Below, one piece after another: positions 42,101 to 54,420 of a stretch of 64,000 nt of DNA (position 1 is its first letter; every line of letters begins with the position of its first letter). This DNA is from Camelus dromedarius (taxonomy: Eukaryota). The DNA lies in assembly GCF_036321535.1 (NCBI RefSeq), contig NC_087437.1:36830001-36894000 (forward strand), written 5' to 3'. The notes below the pieces were generated by a model. The model did no database searches and was not told the DNA's origin. It saw only the letters and a program-made list of their open reading frames with translations. The position numbers and the translations under genes are program-made.

Positions 42101-42968
42101 CTGTGTCCCATAGGTTTTGAGTGGTTGTGCTTTCATTATCATTTGTCTCAAGGTATTTTTTAATTTCAGCTTTGATTTCCTCATTGATCCATTGTTTTTT
42201 CAATAACATATTGTTTAATCTCCATGCTTTCCTTTTTTTCTCCTTTGTTTCTCTGTTGTTGATTTCCAGTTTCATGGCATTGTGGTCAGTAAAGATGCTT
42301 GAGATAATTTCTATCTTCTTAAAATTGTTGAGGTTTCTTTTGTGCCCAAGTACATGATCGATCCTGGAAAATGTTCCATGTGCACTTGAAAAGAATGTAT
42401 ATCCTATTTTTTGGGGGTGTAATGCTCTGAAAATATCCACCAAATCTAGTTTTTCTATTGTAGTATTTAATTTCTCTGTTGCCTTGTTTATTTTCTGTCT
42501 GGAAGATCTGTCTAGTGATGTTAATGCAGTGTTAAAATCTCCAACTATGATTGTATTCCCATTAATATCCCCCTTTATCTCTGTTTGTAATTCTTGTATG
42601 TACTTAGGTGCTCCTATATTGGGTGCATATATATTAATGAGTGTAATATCCTCATCTTGTATCACTCCTTTAATCATTATAAAATGTCCTTCTTTATCTT
42701 TCTTTATGGCCTTTGTTTTAAAGTCTATTTTGTCTGAAATCAGTACTGCAACACCTGCTTTTTTGGCTTTTCCATTTGCATGGAATATCCTTTTCCATCC
42801 TTTCACTCTCAATGTATATGTGTCCTTCTCCCTAAAGTGGGTCTCTTGTATGCAGCATATTGAAGGTTCTTGCTTTATTATCCAGTCTACCACTCTGTGT
42901 CTTTTGACTGGAGCATTTAGTCCGTTAACATTTACAGTAATTAATGATAGATGTGTGTTTATTGCCAT
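39171..42968 (-). CDS. ORF2: L1 ORF2p (endonuclease / reverse transcriptase), 1265 aa
   Basis: APE endonuclease motifs NVNGLN, QETH, GDFN, SRIDH, TDH; PIP-box-like [10 protein letters not shown] motifs [20 protein letters not shown]-terminal [18 protein letters not shown]. Confidence 0.98.
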   Translation of the reverse strand: MAINTHLSLITVNVNGLNAPVKRHRVVDWIIKQEPSICCIQETHFREKDTYTLRVKGWKRIFHANGKAKKAGVAVLISDKIDFKTKAIKKDKEGHFIMIKGVIQDEDITLINIYAPNIGAPKYIQELQTEIKGDINGNTIIVGDFNTALTSLDRSSRQKINKATEKLNTTIEKLDLVDIFRALHPQKIGYTFFSSAHGTFSRIDHVLGHKRNLNNFKKIEIISSIFTDHNAMKLEINNRETKEKKRKAWRLNNMLLKKQWINEEIKAEIKKYLETNDNESTTTQNLWDTAKAVLRGKFIAIQAFLKKEEQSQINNLTHHLNELEKEEQKAPKSSRRKEIIKIREELNTIEINKTIEKINQTKSWFFEKVNKIDKPLAKLTKKKKERAQISKIRKENGEITTNKIEIQNIIREYYETLYGTKLDNLEEMDKFLETYCPPKLNQEESEHLNNPITRKEIEIAIKNLPTNKSPGPDGFTGEFYQTYKEELIPVLLKLFQTIEKEGILPNSFYEATITLIPKPGKDTTKKENYRPISLMNIDAKILTKILANRIQQHIKKIIHHDQVGFISGTRGWFNIRKSISVIHHINRRKDKNHMIISIDAEKAFDKIQHPFMIRTLAKVGIEGTYLNIIKAIYDKPTASIVLNCEKLKSFPLKSGTRQGCPLSPLLFNIVLEVLATAVRQEKEIKGIQIGKEEVKVSLYADDMLLYIENPKRSTQKLLELIEEFSKVAGYKINVQKSVAFLYTNDKSTEEESKETIPFKIAPKVIKYLGINLTKEVKELYTENYKPLMKEIKEDFKKWKDIPCSWIGRINIVKMVTLPKAIYRFNAIPIQLPRTYFTELEKIIIKFIWNHQRPRIAKALLKRKKEAGGITLPDFRQYYRATVIKTAWYWYQNRHIDQWNRIESPEMNPQTFGQLIFDKGGKNIHWNKDSLFSQWCWENWTAACKTMKLEHSLTPYTKINSKWIKDLNIRQDTINLVEENIGKTLSDIHFKNFLLEEIKARINKWDLMKLTIFCTAKETRSKTRRKPTEWEKIFASETDKGLISRIYKQLIRLNKKKINNPIQKWAENLNKQFSKEDIQMIKKHMKKCSISLIIREMQIKTTMRYHLTPVRMAVIQKSTNDKCWRGCGERGTLLHCWWECSLVQPLWKTVWRFLKRLGIDLLYDPGIPLLGLYPEGNLLQDDTCTPMFIAALFTIAKTWKQPKCPSTGDWIKKRWYIYTMEYYSAIKTDNIMPFAATWMLLENVILSEVSQKEKEKYHMRSLICGI

Positions 42969-43186
42969 TTTGAACTTATCTTTGCAGTTGAATTGGTATA
43001 TCCTCTTTGTTCCTTTCTTCTTCCTTTTGTGGTTTGGTAATTTTCCTTTGTATTACCATGGATTTTATTTAATTTTTGTGACTCCTTTGTAAATTTTTGG
43101 CTTGTGGTTACCCTTTTTTGTAAATCTATCAACCCATTACTATAACTGTTTTTATTAAACTGATAGTAACATGATCTCAAACCCAT
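42959..43186 (-). CDS. Short ORF (75 aa) in the L1 inter-ORF spacer, overlapping the ORF2 start by 10 nt; function unknown
   Basis: ATG in context AGGATGG (A at -3, G at +4); ends ...AAA TGG CAA TAA across the ORF2 ATG. Confidence 0.3.
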   Translation of the reverse strand: MGLRSCYYQFNKNSYSNGLIDLQKRVTTSQKFTKESQKLNKIHGNTKENYQTTKGRRKEQRGYTNSTAKISSKWQ

Positions 43187-43372
43187 CCTACTGTTAAAAA
43201 AATTTTAAAAAGAAAGAAAAAAATATTCTATATTTCCCTGCCTCCCTCTCCCACTCTCAGTGATTTGTATGTCTTCTTTTATAATTTCATGTTTACTTTA
43301 TTTGTAATTCATGAGTTATCACCTTTCCAGTTGTGTGTTTCTCATTTCTGTAGCATCCTGCTGCTTTTCTAT

Positions 43373-44275
43373 TTAGAATAGCCCTTTCAATATTTCTTTT
43401 AGCATGGGTTTAGTGTTGCTAAACTCCTGCAGCTTTTTTTTGTCTGTGAAACTCTTTATTTCTCCTTCTATCCTCAAGGATAGCCTTGCTGGATAAAGGA
43501 TCCTAGGCTGCATCTTTTTTTCATTCAGGGCTTTGAATATATCTTGCCACTCCCTTCTGGCCTGTAGTGTTTGTGTAGAGAAATCAGCTGAGAGCCTTAT
43601 GGGGGTTCCCTTGTAACTTACTCTTTGCTTTTCTCTGGCTGCCTTTAGAATCATTTCTTTATCCTTGACTCTGGCCATCTTGATTATGATATGTCTTGGT
43701 GTGGGTCTATTTGGGTTCTTCCTGTTTGGGACCCTCTGAGCTTCCTGTACTTGGATATTTGATTCCTTCTTTAAGTTTGGGAAGTTTTCAGTCATGATTT
43801 CTTCAAAAACCTTTTCAATCCCCTTTGATCTTTCTTCTCCTTCTGGGACCCCTATTATGCGAAGATTGGGACGCTTTATATTATCCCATAGGTCCCTTAT
43901 GCTATTTTCATTATTTTTTATTTGCTTCTCTTGTAGTTCTTCTGAATGGGTGCTTTCTATTGCCCTGTCTTCTAGATCACTAATTCGTTCCTCTGCATTA
44001 TCTAGTCGGCTTTGCACAGCTATTAGATCATTCCTCATCTCTGTCAATGAGTTTACCCATTCTACTTGGCTCTTCTTTATAGCTTCAATTGCATTTTTGA
44101 CATACTTTATATCTCTAAACACTATCTCTTTTAATTCCTTCAGCAATTCGATCACTCCTTTTTTGAAATCTTGATCTAGTAGGCTATCGATGTCTATTTC
44201 ATTGATCTTTCTTTCAGGGGATTTCTCTTGTTCTTTTAATTGGGAAAGGTTTTTCTGCTTCTTCATCTTGCTCAT
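43373..44275 (-). CDS. ORF1: L1 ORF1p (RNA-binding nucleic-acid chaperone), 300 aa
   Basis: Coiled coil (RLDNAEERISDLEDR), RRM (NLRIIGVPE, ENFPNL, PRHIIIK), REKQ, ARREW and YPARLS motifs. Confidence 0.97.
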   Translation of the reverse strand: MSKMKKQKNLSQLKEQEKSPERKINEIDIDSLLDQDFKKGVIELLKELKEIVFRDIKYVKNAIEAIKKSQVEWVNSLTEMRNDLIAVQSRLDNAEERISDLEDRAIESTHSEELQEKQIKNNENSIRDLWDNIKRPNLRIIGVPEGEERSKGIEKVFEEIMTENFPNLKKESNIQVQEAQRVPNRKNPNRPTPRHIIIKMARVKDKEMILKAAREKQRVSYKGTPIRLSADFSTQTLQARREWQDIFKALNEKKMQPRILYPARLSLRIEGEIKSFTDKKKLQEFSNTKPMLKEILKGLF

Positions 44276-44759
44276 ACCTCTTTGGCACTGTGGTTTATGG
44301 AGTATCAGTTGTTTATTTTGGTCCTTAAGGATTTTATCTATCTGATGCCTATTTAGGAATAGAACTTAGGAAAAAAAGAAAAAAAAATGAGAGAGAGAAA
44401 GAATTTTAAAAGAAGGGAGAAAGAGGGTTTGAAAACAGTGTATAATGAATAATAGAAGAGTGAGTTGAAGCAGAGTATTAATTGGGTTCAGATGTCCTTT
44501 TGAAACCTTTACAAAAAAAGGGGGGGGGGAGATGAACAGATGTATTTGAAACCTGTGTCTAATCAATAGCAGGACATCAAAACCCAAGAGAAATAGAAAT
44601 GAATTAAGAAGTAAAGATTAAGAGAGTAATAGAAAATAGAACAGGTAAAAACAGATTAAAAAAAGGGGGGGGGGGGTTGTCGGTGTTCTCCTGGAGTCTG
44701 TGTGCTTTTACTGTGAAGTTTTTCTGTCTTTGTCCTGTTTTGGAAGCTCAGCTTGCTGT

Positions 44760-45936
44760 TTTCAGAGGCCCTCCGTTGGCGCCCTCTTCTGTGCTGCTCC
44801 CAGCACCTGTCGGCAAGCAGATCGCGCCTCCTCCTAACACTGGGTCAGGTGCAGCTCTCTGCTGTGGGCAGGCGGGTCGCTGCCCCTCCCGATGCCTCAG
44901 TCAGATGTTGCAGACTGGCCGGGTAGGAGGGCGGGTCGTGCCCCCTCCCAGCACCTCGGTCAGGGGCTGTGTTCCTGCCCGAAAGGCGGGGGGGCCGCTC
45001 TCCCTCTACCTGCGCCGCCGGTAGCTCCGCTCTCTGTGCGGCTGCGCGCTCTGCCCTGGTCGGCGCTCTGCAGGTGGGCTCGGGGAAGACCGAGGGACAG
45101 CCCTGTCCCTGCTCCGAGCCAAAACCCAGCTCCTTGTTTGTCTTTGTGGAGCAAGTTCTCTGAGGGACCAGGATGGAAGGATCCTATCTGCCCCTGGCTG
45201 TAGGCCAGTCTCAGTCTGGCCTTTGAGGCTGCTAAGCCCTTCCGTGCGGATGCAGGTTTCGCCCCCGCCTGAGTGCTCAGCGCGGAGGATGTGGCGGCTG
45301 TGCCTGAGCCCCGCCTCTCTTCCCCCGAAAACTTTCCGTGGGTTTTCAGAGATGGGGGTGTGCACCCTTCCCCCGAGAGCACATCAACCTTGCTGTTTTA
45401 CGGAGGGCCCAGGTTGTTCTGCCCTGTGCACCCACAGCCACGGCGGGCAGCCCCTTTTGTTCCCCCTGGGCTGCCTCCGTGCAGCCACTTCCGTCCTCCA
45501 CCTGGCTTGTGCAGCCTGGCCCTGCCCCCCGCTGCCTGCCGCGTCTCAGGCTGGGTGTCGGGGGGATGCTCTGTGTCCGTTTAACTTAGTTCTGTTAGTC
45601 AAGGGCTGCTCTGTACAGATCCGAGCCTCGGAGGCTCCCCCTCCGTCCCGCTGGCCTCTCAGTTGGAGAGGGGAGACCCAGCGAGCGAGCGCCAGTCCTC
45701 CTTTGCCGCTCCCTCCCCGCGGGACCCGTCCCGCGCTGCTTTGCCTTTTGTTCTTTCTTTTTTCCTTTTCTCCTACCAGATTTTTGGCGTCTTTATCTTT
45801 TGAAGAGGGCGATGTTCTGTCGGAGTTCCACAGGTGCTCTGGTTGGCTGAGTGGGTCTGTAGATGTGGGTCTTGGTGTATTTGTGGGAGAGGGTGACCTG
45901 CAAGCATCCTTCTACTCCGCCATCTTCTCCGTCTCC
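44760..45936 (-). promoter_or_regulatory. L1 5'UTR internal promoter / CpG island with 5'-terminal YY1 motif
   Basis: The only CpG-dense stretch in the window; element starts GGAGACGGAGAAGATGGCGGAGTAG with YY1 core AAGATGGCG at 45918-45926. Confidence 0.85.
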
Positions 45937-45948
45937 TCATCCAGAATT

Positions 45949-47040
45949 CTTGATGACCATCACACGAACTTGGATGACTTGATAGTTTTCTTTCATTCAA
46001 CCTTCGCACCACATTTCCACTGTCACACCCTGGACCACAGTCATCCCAAACTACCCCTCTTCAAAAGCCTTGAATGTAAATAATGCACATTTGGCTTCTC
46101 TTAGACATTTAACTTATCTGTTCAAGTTTTCTTAATCAACATCACTCATCATAGGGAGACTAACAATCCTTTGATTGTTGAAGATCTCACCTTTTTTCAT
46201 TAATTTAAGATCCATTATACTTTACATTTTCTTCCTGTGTGCATTAGATTCCATGATCTGTCACAATGTTTATTTCACTTTTTTTTTTTTAAACGTAAGT
46301 TCTTCCATCGCAGTCAATCTTACAAAATTTACATGATTTCCTGATCTGAGGGTTAAAATAAGCTCTGAATATTGCCTGGCAAGTTTGCAATGTTCTTGTA
46401 TTAATTAAGTTTACTTTCCTACTCAAAAGCTGTTGTTTGTTATGTTTTCCTTGCTCAAATTTCCTTCCTTAGTTCTTTTCCTCTCATCCAAGCTAGTAGC
46501 ATGATCTAACATTCCATTGATAAATATCAAGTACAAGAAAATTGAATCCTTATGCTTCTACCACCAAATCTTCAAGCTGTACTGAAAGCTGTCCTTTTTG
46601 TAACCAGGATGTCTCCCTTCTATTGTTAAATGGAAATAACTTTACATATTCTCTGGATTACATTTTCACTAACTTCCAAACACATTATTTCTCCAGACAC
46701 CCTCTCTTCTAAATCATCACTCTCTCTCTCCACAAACATGAACATAAAAATGTTCTAAGTTTCCCAAATAATATTGTAAGTTCCCTGAATGACAGCAACC
46801 ACAGTAGCCCTCCCTGTACCCATATAAATGTCCATCCATTCCATTATTTCCCAGTCCCCACAGAGCAAAAGTTGTTAAATGTCAACAAATTCTCTCTGTA
46901 CATCCATACAACCTATTTACTTACCACCCCAATTTATCCTGGCTTCCCGTTCATTTCGTTAGAAATACTGTTTTTAAGTTCAACAATTACCTCCACATTT
47001 TCTAAGTCAGTATTGTCCCTTTTACCATTATTTTTTATTT
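45949..47040 (+). mobile_element. L2 fossil into which the full-length L1 inserted (left part ~38690-38810)
   Basis: cactgtcacaccctggacc encodes an HTLD-like L2 endonuclease motif; CT-rich L2-like text continues on both sides of the L1. Confidence 0.5.
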
Positions 47041-47994
47041 TAGATGGTACAAAATAATCCATCTTATTCCTCACTACGTGGCATATAATGAGCAGTGGGC
47101 TAAGCCATTTCACTTTTCTGCTTCATATACTACTTTTTCCCTTCCGCCCCTTCACCTGTGCTGACTCGTGTATTTTTAAAATTCTAAAATGTGTAATGTT
47201 GCTATCTGTGCATTTGATTTGCTGTTACTAACTGCAGTGCAAGCCATAGTATCATCCACACACTTTGCTTAACCAATTCTCTAAATGTTCACCAAGATTA
47301 CCTATTTCCATGCTCATAGGAAAGTACTAGGAAAAATACCATCGTAAATGTTCTGAAATGAAACATGTAAAATTTTTCTGACTACTAGGACTTGATTATA
47401 TGCATAATTAATTTTACTATGAACTGTCAAATTGCTTGTCAGAATTACTCGCAAGGGTTATACCTCCCCAAAAGTGCATAGTTCAGGTAGATTCTTACAT
47501 CTTGCTATATTCACGGATATTTGGCCTTAACTGATCCCCAAATTTTTGCTACTTGACAGCTGGAAGATCAGTCTTTTTCTTCCTCTTTCTCCTTCTTTCC
47601 TTTTCTTCTCTCTCTCTCCTTCCTTTCCTCTGTCAGTCTTTCTCTATCTCTCTCTTTCTTGAATTCTCTAATCTCAGTGGAAGTTGAGCAACTACTCACT
47701 ATTTAGCCATTCACATCTCCACTCTGTGACCCTATCCATGCCCAGTTTTTGTGTTTTCTGTATTTTCTTGTTGAATTGCAGAAAGTCCTTGTATTTTTAG
47801 TTAATATGCTATGTCAGTTTTATAGAATAAGGTGTATTCTATTAGTTATATTACCTATTATTTGTGTGTATCGTGTCTAATCTTTAATACTATTATAATC
47901 AAATATATCATTTTCATTATGGTGACTTCCTAAATTAAAGTATTAACAATAATGATTATGACTTTAATTTTAACACTTGCTATGTGTTAGACAT

Positions 47995-48165
47995 TAATAT
48001 ATATTTATATATACTTTATATAAATATATAAAATATATGTAAATATATACTTATATATAAATTGTATCATTATATTATTATATATAATTGTATTATATTG
48101 TATTATTGTATTGTTATATATAAATATATACTTACATATAAATATATACTTTATATATATATTAG
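47995..48165. repeat. AT-rich low-complexity tract with repeated taaatatatactt unit
   Basis: Seen directly. Confidence 0.85.
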
Positions 48166-50569
48166 TAAATTTTTTTTTAATGATAACCCTAGGATTTAAG
48201 GGCTATTATAGTCATTATAATCATGCTTATACATAAACATGAGAAGACCAAAGCACAAAGAGTTTAAGCAATGTAACCAAAGACAAACAGCTAGTTGGAA
48301 TTGGTACAGATTTATCACTCAACCACAGCTCTATACTGTCTCTAGGAGTAAAAATAAATTATGAAACACAATATCTTTAAAGAGAAAGTTATAAAATGAT
48401 TAAAATTCATACAAAGAACTTAAGAAAATATAGATATTATTGTCCTATACAGGACACATTAATATTACAAAAATATCCATTATTCTCTAGCAAAACTATA
48501 AATATAATTTATACCAATCAAAATTTCCACAACATTTTCAAGGGAATCAAATATATTTTAAAATTTATATGGAGAATAAAAATTTATTGTTTAGAAAGTT
48601 TTTTATCATTTTCAAAACGTAGTGTATTCTCTACAAATTTATTCTTTTAGGATTAAATATTGACCTTCCATATTTAGGTTTGGATCATCTTTGTACATGT
48701 CTTAAAGTAAGATACATTTTAGTTTTATCCATTCTGTGAAATGATTTTTAATCAGTATCTACTAAACAATCCATTTTTCCTTTACTTATCACACCATCTC
48801 TATAATTCATCATTTATAAATGGTCATATTTATGTGCTACGATCATTATTGCTGTAAAATTTTACTAAATATATCAAGTACAAAAAATGCTTTTTAAAAA
48901 AAATATACATTTTATTCATGAATTATAAATTCCACACATAGTTAAGAATGTTTGATGTATTCTTAAACTCTCCAAAATTTTAATTGCCTATTGAATATGC
49001 ATTTTTTAAAAGATGAACTAATATACTTATAATTGCAAGCTACAGAATCTATTAACATAGTATTATATCTGTCTCTACATATTCAGATTCTTCCTTTTCT
49101 TATTGGAGTATTATAGTTACTTTATAAAGCACTTCCGTTGCCTTGTTAGGTTGATTCATAGGGTCATTGTAGCTTATTAATTGCTCATTTTATATTTAAT
49201 TTTTTTCAATTTGAATGGTTCATTTTCATTTATTATTAGGTTTTCTAAATAGATGATTATAGTATCTCCAAATAATATTATGATTTTCCCTTTCTGAAAC
49301 TAAAACCATTTATGTGTTTATATTTTATTGCAATGTCCAGGACTTAAGTTATTCTAATATTGTATGCTGAGTGTAGTATTTATGTCAACTATTGGGAAGG
49401 GTATGACATTGTTTCCCTTCTTGCAAGTTAACAAGGTAATTTGCCACAGTTTCACAAATGCTGACAGAAAACCCAACACTTGTGAACAAGAGCAACCCAC
49501 AGCAATACCAGTACTAAGGGCACTAATACATTTGCACTGGTTTCCTAAGCCCAGCTTTCACAGAACAGTAAGAAAACCTGCTAACACCTATATACAGTAT
49601 TCTGCTTTACAGTAGAGGAACCCAAGTTTTAGAGGAACTGAGCAAGAGAGGGAGACATTATTCCCACAATCCTCAAGATACCTTGTTGATTCAAAACCCC
49701 CAAAATTGGTCCAGATAAAGAGAGCTTAAAGAAACTTTGAATTCCTTATGTACACAGAAAGATGCATAGGCACACAAGACTCATAAAAAAGTATCTCCAA
49801 GAGTTTACTATAACTTTTGCTTTATAGTCTTTATAAGGTTGTTTTTAATTCTTATTATAAATTGATATTTAACATTATAAAATGCTTTTTAAACAGCTAT
49901 TGAAAATTATTTGAGTTTTCTCCTTTACTGTATTAATATGAGGAATAAATCCATAATAATTGATTTTGTGATGTTGAATTCTCCTTACCATCTTGGTATA
50001 AACTAACTTAATCATTATATAGGTTTGTTTCTGAGACACCATTAAATTTGGATAAATGCTGTTCTTAAGCTATTGAATCTCTGCTTATACAGTAAATGAA
50101 CCTAAATCATCTTGGTTTTTATTACTTTTGATTGGTTTTGGAATCATGGCTATCTTAATCTCCTAAAATGACTTGGACAGCTTTTCTTGTTTTTCTGTCT
50201 TTACATGGAAATCATGGAAGGTAGGGATTTTCAGTTTATTGTAAGTTTAGTAGAAGTTATCTAGAGTTTATTTGACATGGAGATGTTTGATTAGACTTCA
50301 TTTTCAAGAGTAGTTATTTTCTATTTCCTCTTGCACCACCTGTGGTTACTTTTTATTTTTCCAGAAATATATGTGTTTCATCTAATTTTTCAAAAGTATT
50401 ACCTTATAGTCTCCCCATATACATATCACTTTTAATCTTTTTTGCCTATAGTTTTATTCTTGTTAGAACTTTGTATTTTACTTATTAGTGCCTTCTTTCT
50501 CTTTCCTCTTTTTTTTCTCAGTGTTATAAAAAACTTAACCCTGTTTTTATGTCCTCATTTTATTCACTT

Positions 50570-51200
50570 GAAAAGCAATGTTTTACAGAGTTGACCACTC
50601 TCTACTCCTTAGAACAGTCTCTCCTCTTGGCTTCTATGTAACTTTAATCTGCATTTCATTCTCCAGATCCTCCATCCAGTCCCTGTATATTGGGTCTCCA
50701 TGGGGCTTGTTTCTTGACTTCCTAATTTTGTCTTTTGACATTTTTCCTTTAAATGATCTGATTCAGTTTCATGGCTTTACATATCACATAGGAAAAGAAG
50801 GCTATTGACTTTACATTTATATTCCAAAACTCTTCTCTAAGCACCAGATATTTTATTGAACTCTGTATTCATCATGTTCAGTAAGTAAAACTCCTCATTT
50901 AGTTCCTAATTTCAAGCCTTCCGAGGCTCAGTTAGTGGCACTGCTATCCACTCAGTCTCTGAATCCAGGACTTTGGGCCTAATTATTGGTTTTCCTTTCA
51001 TTAACACTTGAATTTCAATACCTCAGCCTGTCTCACCATTTTCACCTACATGTAAACTAGAGAAGCTTCTGATCTCCATTTTTATTTTTCACCTAAGCCC
51101 ATGCCTAGACTACTGAGATCCTCTCTCTTTGCATCCACCAACCATGTAACAGTGTAGGAAATTTATCAAACTAGAAAAGGGTACTAACTGAATTAATGAA
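50570..51200 (+). mobile_element. L2 fossil
   Basis: gttgaccactctctactccttagaacagtctctcctcttggcttc, tcagtttcatggctttacatatcac. Confidence 0.65.
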
Positions 51201-51320
51201 AAATGATCTAATTGCACTAACTTTATTTTAATCATTTTAGAATAACTTTTGTATATATTATAGTGAAAAAATTAGACAAGGGAAATATGTTGTCAGGGAG
51301 AAATGTCTTCTTGGCAGTAC

Positions 51321-51361
51321 GTAGTTGCATAAGCACAATGTAGTTGCATAAGCACAATGTA
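51321..51361. repeat. Perfect 19-bp tandem duplication GTAGTTGCATAAGCACAAT x2
   Basis: Seen directly. Confidence 0.97.
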
Positions 51362-54354
51362 AAATCAACATTCTTACATATATTTTTAAATTATAAAGAT
51401 TCCCACTTTATTTCTCTATCAGTGTCTTAATTTTAAAGTTGTAATCAAATTTATGTATCTTCCACTAAGCATTCCTAAATTCCGTTAGTTAAAATTGCTA
51501 AGGTTTCTCCTTTGTGCATATCTTAACTTTTATTACAGCTATATCACAAAGAAATAAATAAATTTATATTTATTGGTATATGTGCATGTCTCCTCTTCAA
51601 TGCAATATATCCTATAATAAGTATACAGTGAAAAATATGTTATAACTAATTTAATCTGTATTTCCCACGGCACTTACCTAGTATGGAAACTTGTACATAG
51701 CACACGTAAATTAATTTTTATTGAATTAGAATCAATTGTGAAGAGCAGCACATTTTAATACTATAGAGTCCTTATTAATTAAAATATTGGAGATAACAGA
51801 ATGAATGCAGATTTTATTAGCAATGTATTCACGAAAATTTTGCTTGATAATTGAGATGAGAGAGGGAGAAAAGGGAAAGGAATATCTAGTTAGTATGTAA
51901 GGCATTGCGATTTTGTTACAGTTTTATCCAAAGTGAAGCCTCTAATTAGTATGTATGAAAGAACATTTGGTTCAGTCTGTAACAAACATGGGACCACAGT
52001 CAAAGAAACTGTCTTCCTATAATCACATCATTCTAACAACATTTGATTAAATTTACACATTTTCTGACATGCCTGGTCAGATGGGCAAATATTTTGTTTC
52101 ATAATTTTATACTATTTAAATATGCAGAGGACTAGCTAAAAGCAAAGAACAGCTAGAAAAGTTATAAACATAATTATTTCATTGTCTTGCTTGTGTTTTT
52201 AGTATTAAAAGGGGAAAGGATAAGGAACCCAGAGTTTCCTCTAGTACAAAGAGAAAAAGATTACATTTGCTTTGCCAACAGTGGATTTTCTCAGTCTTCT
52301 AAGTAAACGAATCCCAATTGTGTTCTGGTATCTTTCATAGACTTCAGATGAGGTGGATTTCAAACACAGCTGTGAAAAAGAATCACGGCTGGACAAGCAC
52401 CTATGTCAATCCCAGTCCTCTTGCCAGTGATCAGTTTAGAAATAGGATTGTGTCAAAGAGCTAGCCACCTCTTCAATATCTGACCATGTTTAATATGAAA
52501 AAAGATTCATCATTATTCAAGACAGCTGAGTTGAGATTTTCTGTTATTTGTAGTTAAATAGTTCTGACATATTAAACTAGAATTGTGAATTGACACATTA
52601 AGGAAAAATGAAGTATTTTCTGTTAAGCTAATGTAATGTGCAGAATTTGGCAGCATCTTTTTAACTACTTTCATTCTATTACTCATTTCTTGTAAATCCC
52701 AGACTAATTTAGTATTATCCAGTTTATAAAACCTGAAGTTTATCATTTAAAAATTTTTGGATATCATGCTTGTTAAGCGTAACTCTGTAATTTGGTCAGT
52801 TTTACCAGATTAAACCACCTGCTGTTCAGCAAGGCCTGAAGGAATGTGACACAGAACAGATTGTGGTGGATGATAATTAGAGGGGTTCATGACCAGGCAT
52901 GGAGTACATTCTAACAGTGCAACTTAGAGTGCAAGGCAGCCTGAGCACTGATCATCAGGCAAGACAGTAATAATAATAAAAATAATAAAAAGATAAATAA
53001 GGGAGGAATGACAGACTAGATCTAGTCATTCTTATCATGCCAAGGAAGATTTCTATTTGACAAATTACTTATCACACTTGGAATTCTTCTCCAAATATTC
53101 TGTGATTCTCTGCTGTATTTTCAGCCTTCTAATAGCCTTTTTTGGGAGAAGCCATTGTTTAAGGAAACTTCATGAATTTAACTTATAAATTAATTCCACA
53201 AACTACTACATTAAGGATGAGTATTAATCGTTGTTTTCATTAGAAAGTGTGAAGTAAATTCTAAAGGTAAGTATTATTACATTAAGGTAGCAGTTCTGGA
53301 GCTAAGAAACATATAGTTAAACTTTATTTTCATTCTATTAACAGTGCTGCTCTTCTTACTGTTAGGGTCAACCAGCTACAGTGATATGTCTCATCACAGT
53401 GTTTTCTTGTCATCCCAGTAGTAAATGGCTGTTTCTCTCTAGCATTTCGCCTTAACTGAGAGAGATGTTAGGCATTTTTTTCCCCTTTTTTTCTCTACTT
53501 TCATTTGAAAGTCTAATCTATGTTTGTATAAAGGATGGAAAAATAGCTTACAGTTGAATGCAAATTAAATCTTTGATCCAAAACAACCAAAGTCAACCTA
53601 TTTTCAAAACTCTAAAAACTTTGATCATGTTTGCAAATACTGCATTGAAAAACTATGTATCAGACACACATACAAATGTCTCTTACATCTAAAACACAAT
53701 ATTCTTGATTTAAAAGACCAGAATGTATTTAATATATTGAGCTATTATCACTCTAATCTATAAAGTATAATACAAAGTGACAGGTAATAATATTTCATTT
53801 ATCCTATTTACGCAGACATACAAAATTTCATATATATGGGTTTTATATGCCAAATAAAAATGAATTTTAATTTGCACTTATATTCTGTTAACTCATTTAA
53901 ATTCCATTAGTTATCTGAAAGCAAATTCAAGCAGAATAGATCCTAACAGAGAGATACTGGGATTGTCACGCTCATGCAAGTTTAGGAAACCAGACCATGT
54001 CTCATGTAAAGAAGAGAAGTGGAAGGGAAGATCTCTCTCAAGCAGGTATTCTAGAGGGCTCTTTCTCAGCAAAAGAGTGATTTGGAAAGGAAAAAAAAAA
54101 AACACTTCAGTGATAGCAGGGGGAAAAAGAAAATTCATCTCTGTCAAGGATTAGATAGACAAAAAATCCTGTGAAAAATTGAAACCTCAACCCTAAACTT
54201 GTGCAGATGTTTTCAAATTTGAGAAGTATATGAATCTTTGAAAGCCTAAGGAGCAAATGCAAGATAGTAGGAGTCTCCAAACTATGGGGTCCACTTCCAA
54301 AAACACCACAGCAAGATCTGCAATAAAGATACTGCAAGACAACTTTCGATAGTT

Positions 54355-54420
54355 GGATGGTAGGTAGGTAGGTAGATAGATAGATAGGTAGAGATACACA
54401 CACATACACACATATATATG
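54355..54420. repeat. (TAGG)/(TAGA)/(CA) compound microsatellite
   Basis: Seen directly. Confidence 0.85.

Larger units (their letters stand above)
38844..45936 (-). mobile_element. Full-length LINE-1 with both ORFs intact
   Basis: 5'UTR 44276-45936, ORF1, 404-nt spacer, ORF2, 3'UTR with AATAAA (38860-38865) and A-tail; TSD TCATCCAGAATT at 38812-38823 and 45937-45948. Confidence 0.98.

Noticed and set aside
39673..44174. + strand ORFs of 74-202 aa (e.g. 39673-40233, 42484-43092, 43794-44174)
   Set aside because: Antisense shadows of L1 ORF1/ORF2; hydrophobic S/F/L-rich translations arise from the A-rich codon bias of the sense strand
44677..45589. Cluster of overlapping short ORFs on both strands in the L1 5'UTR
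   Set aside because: Expected from stop-codon scarcity in GC-rich sequence; no recognisable domains
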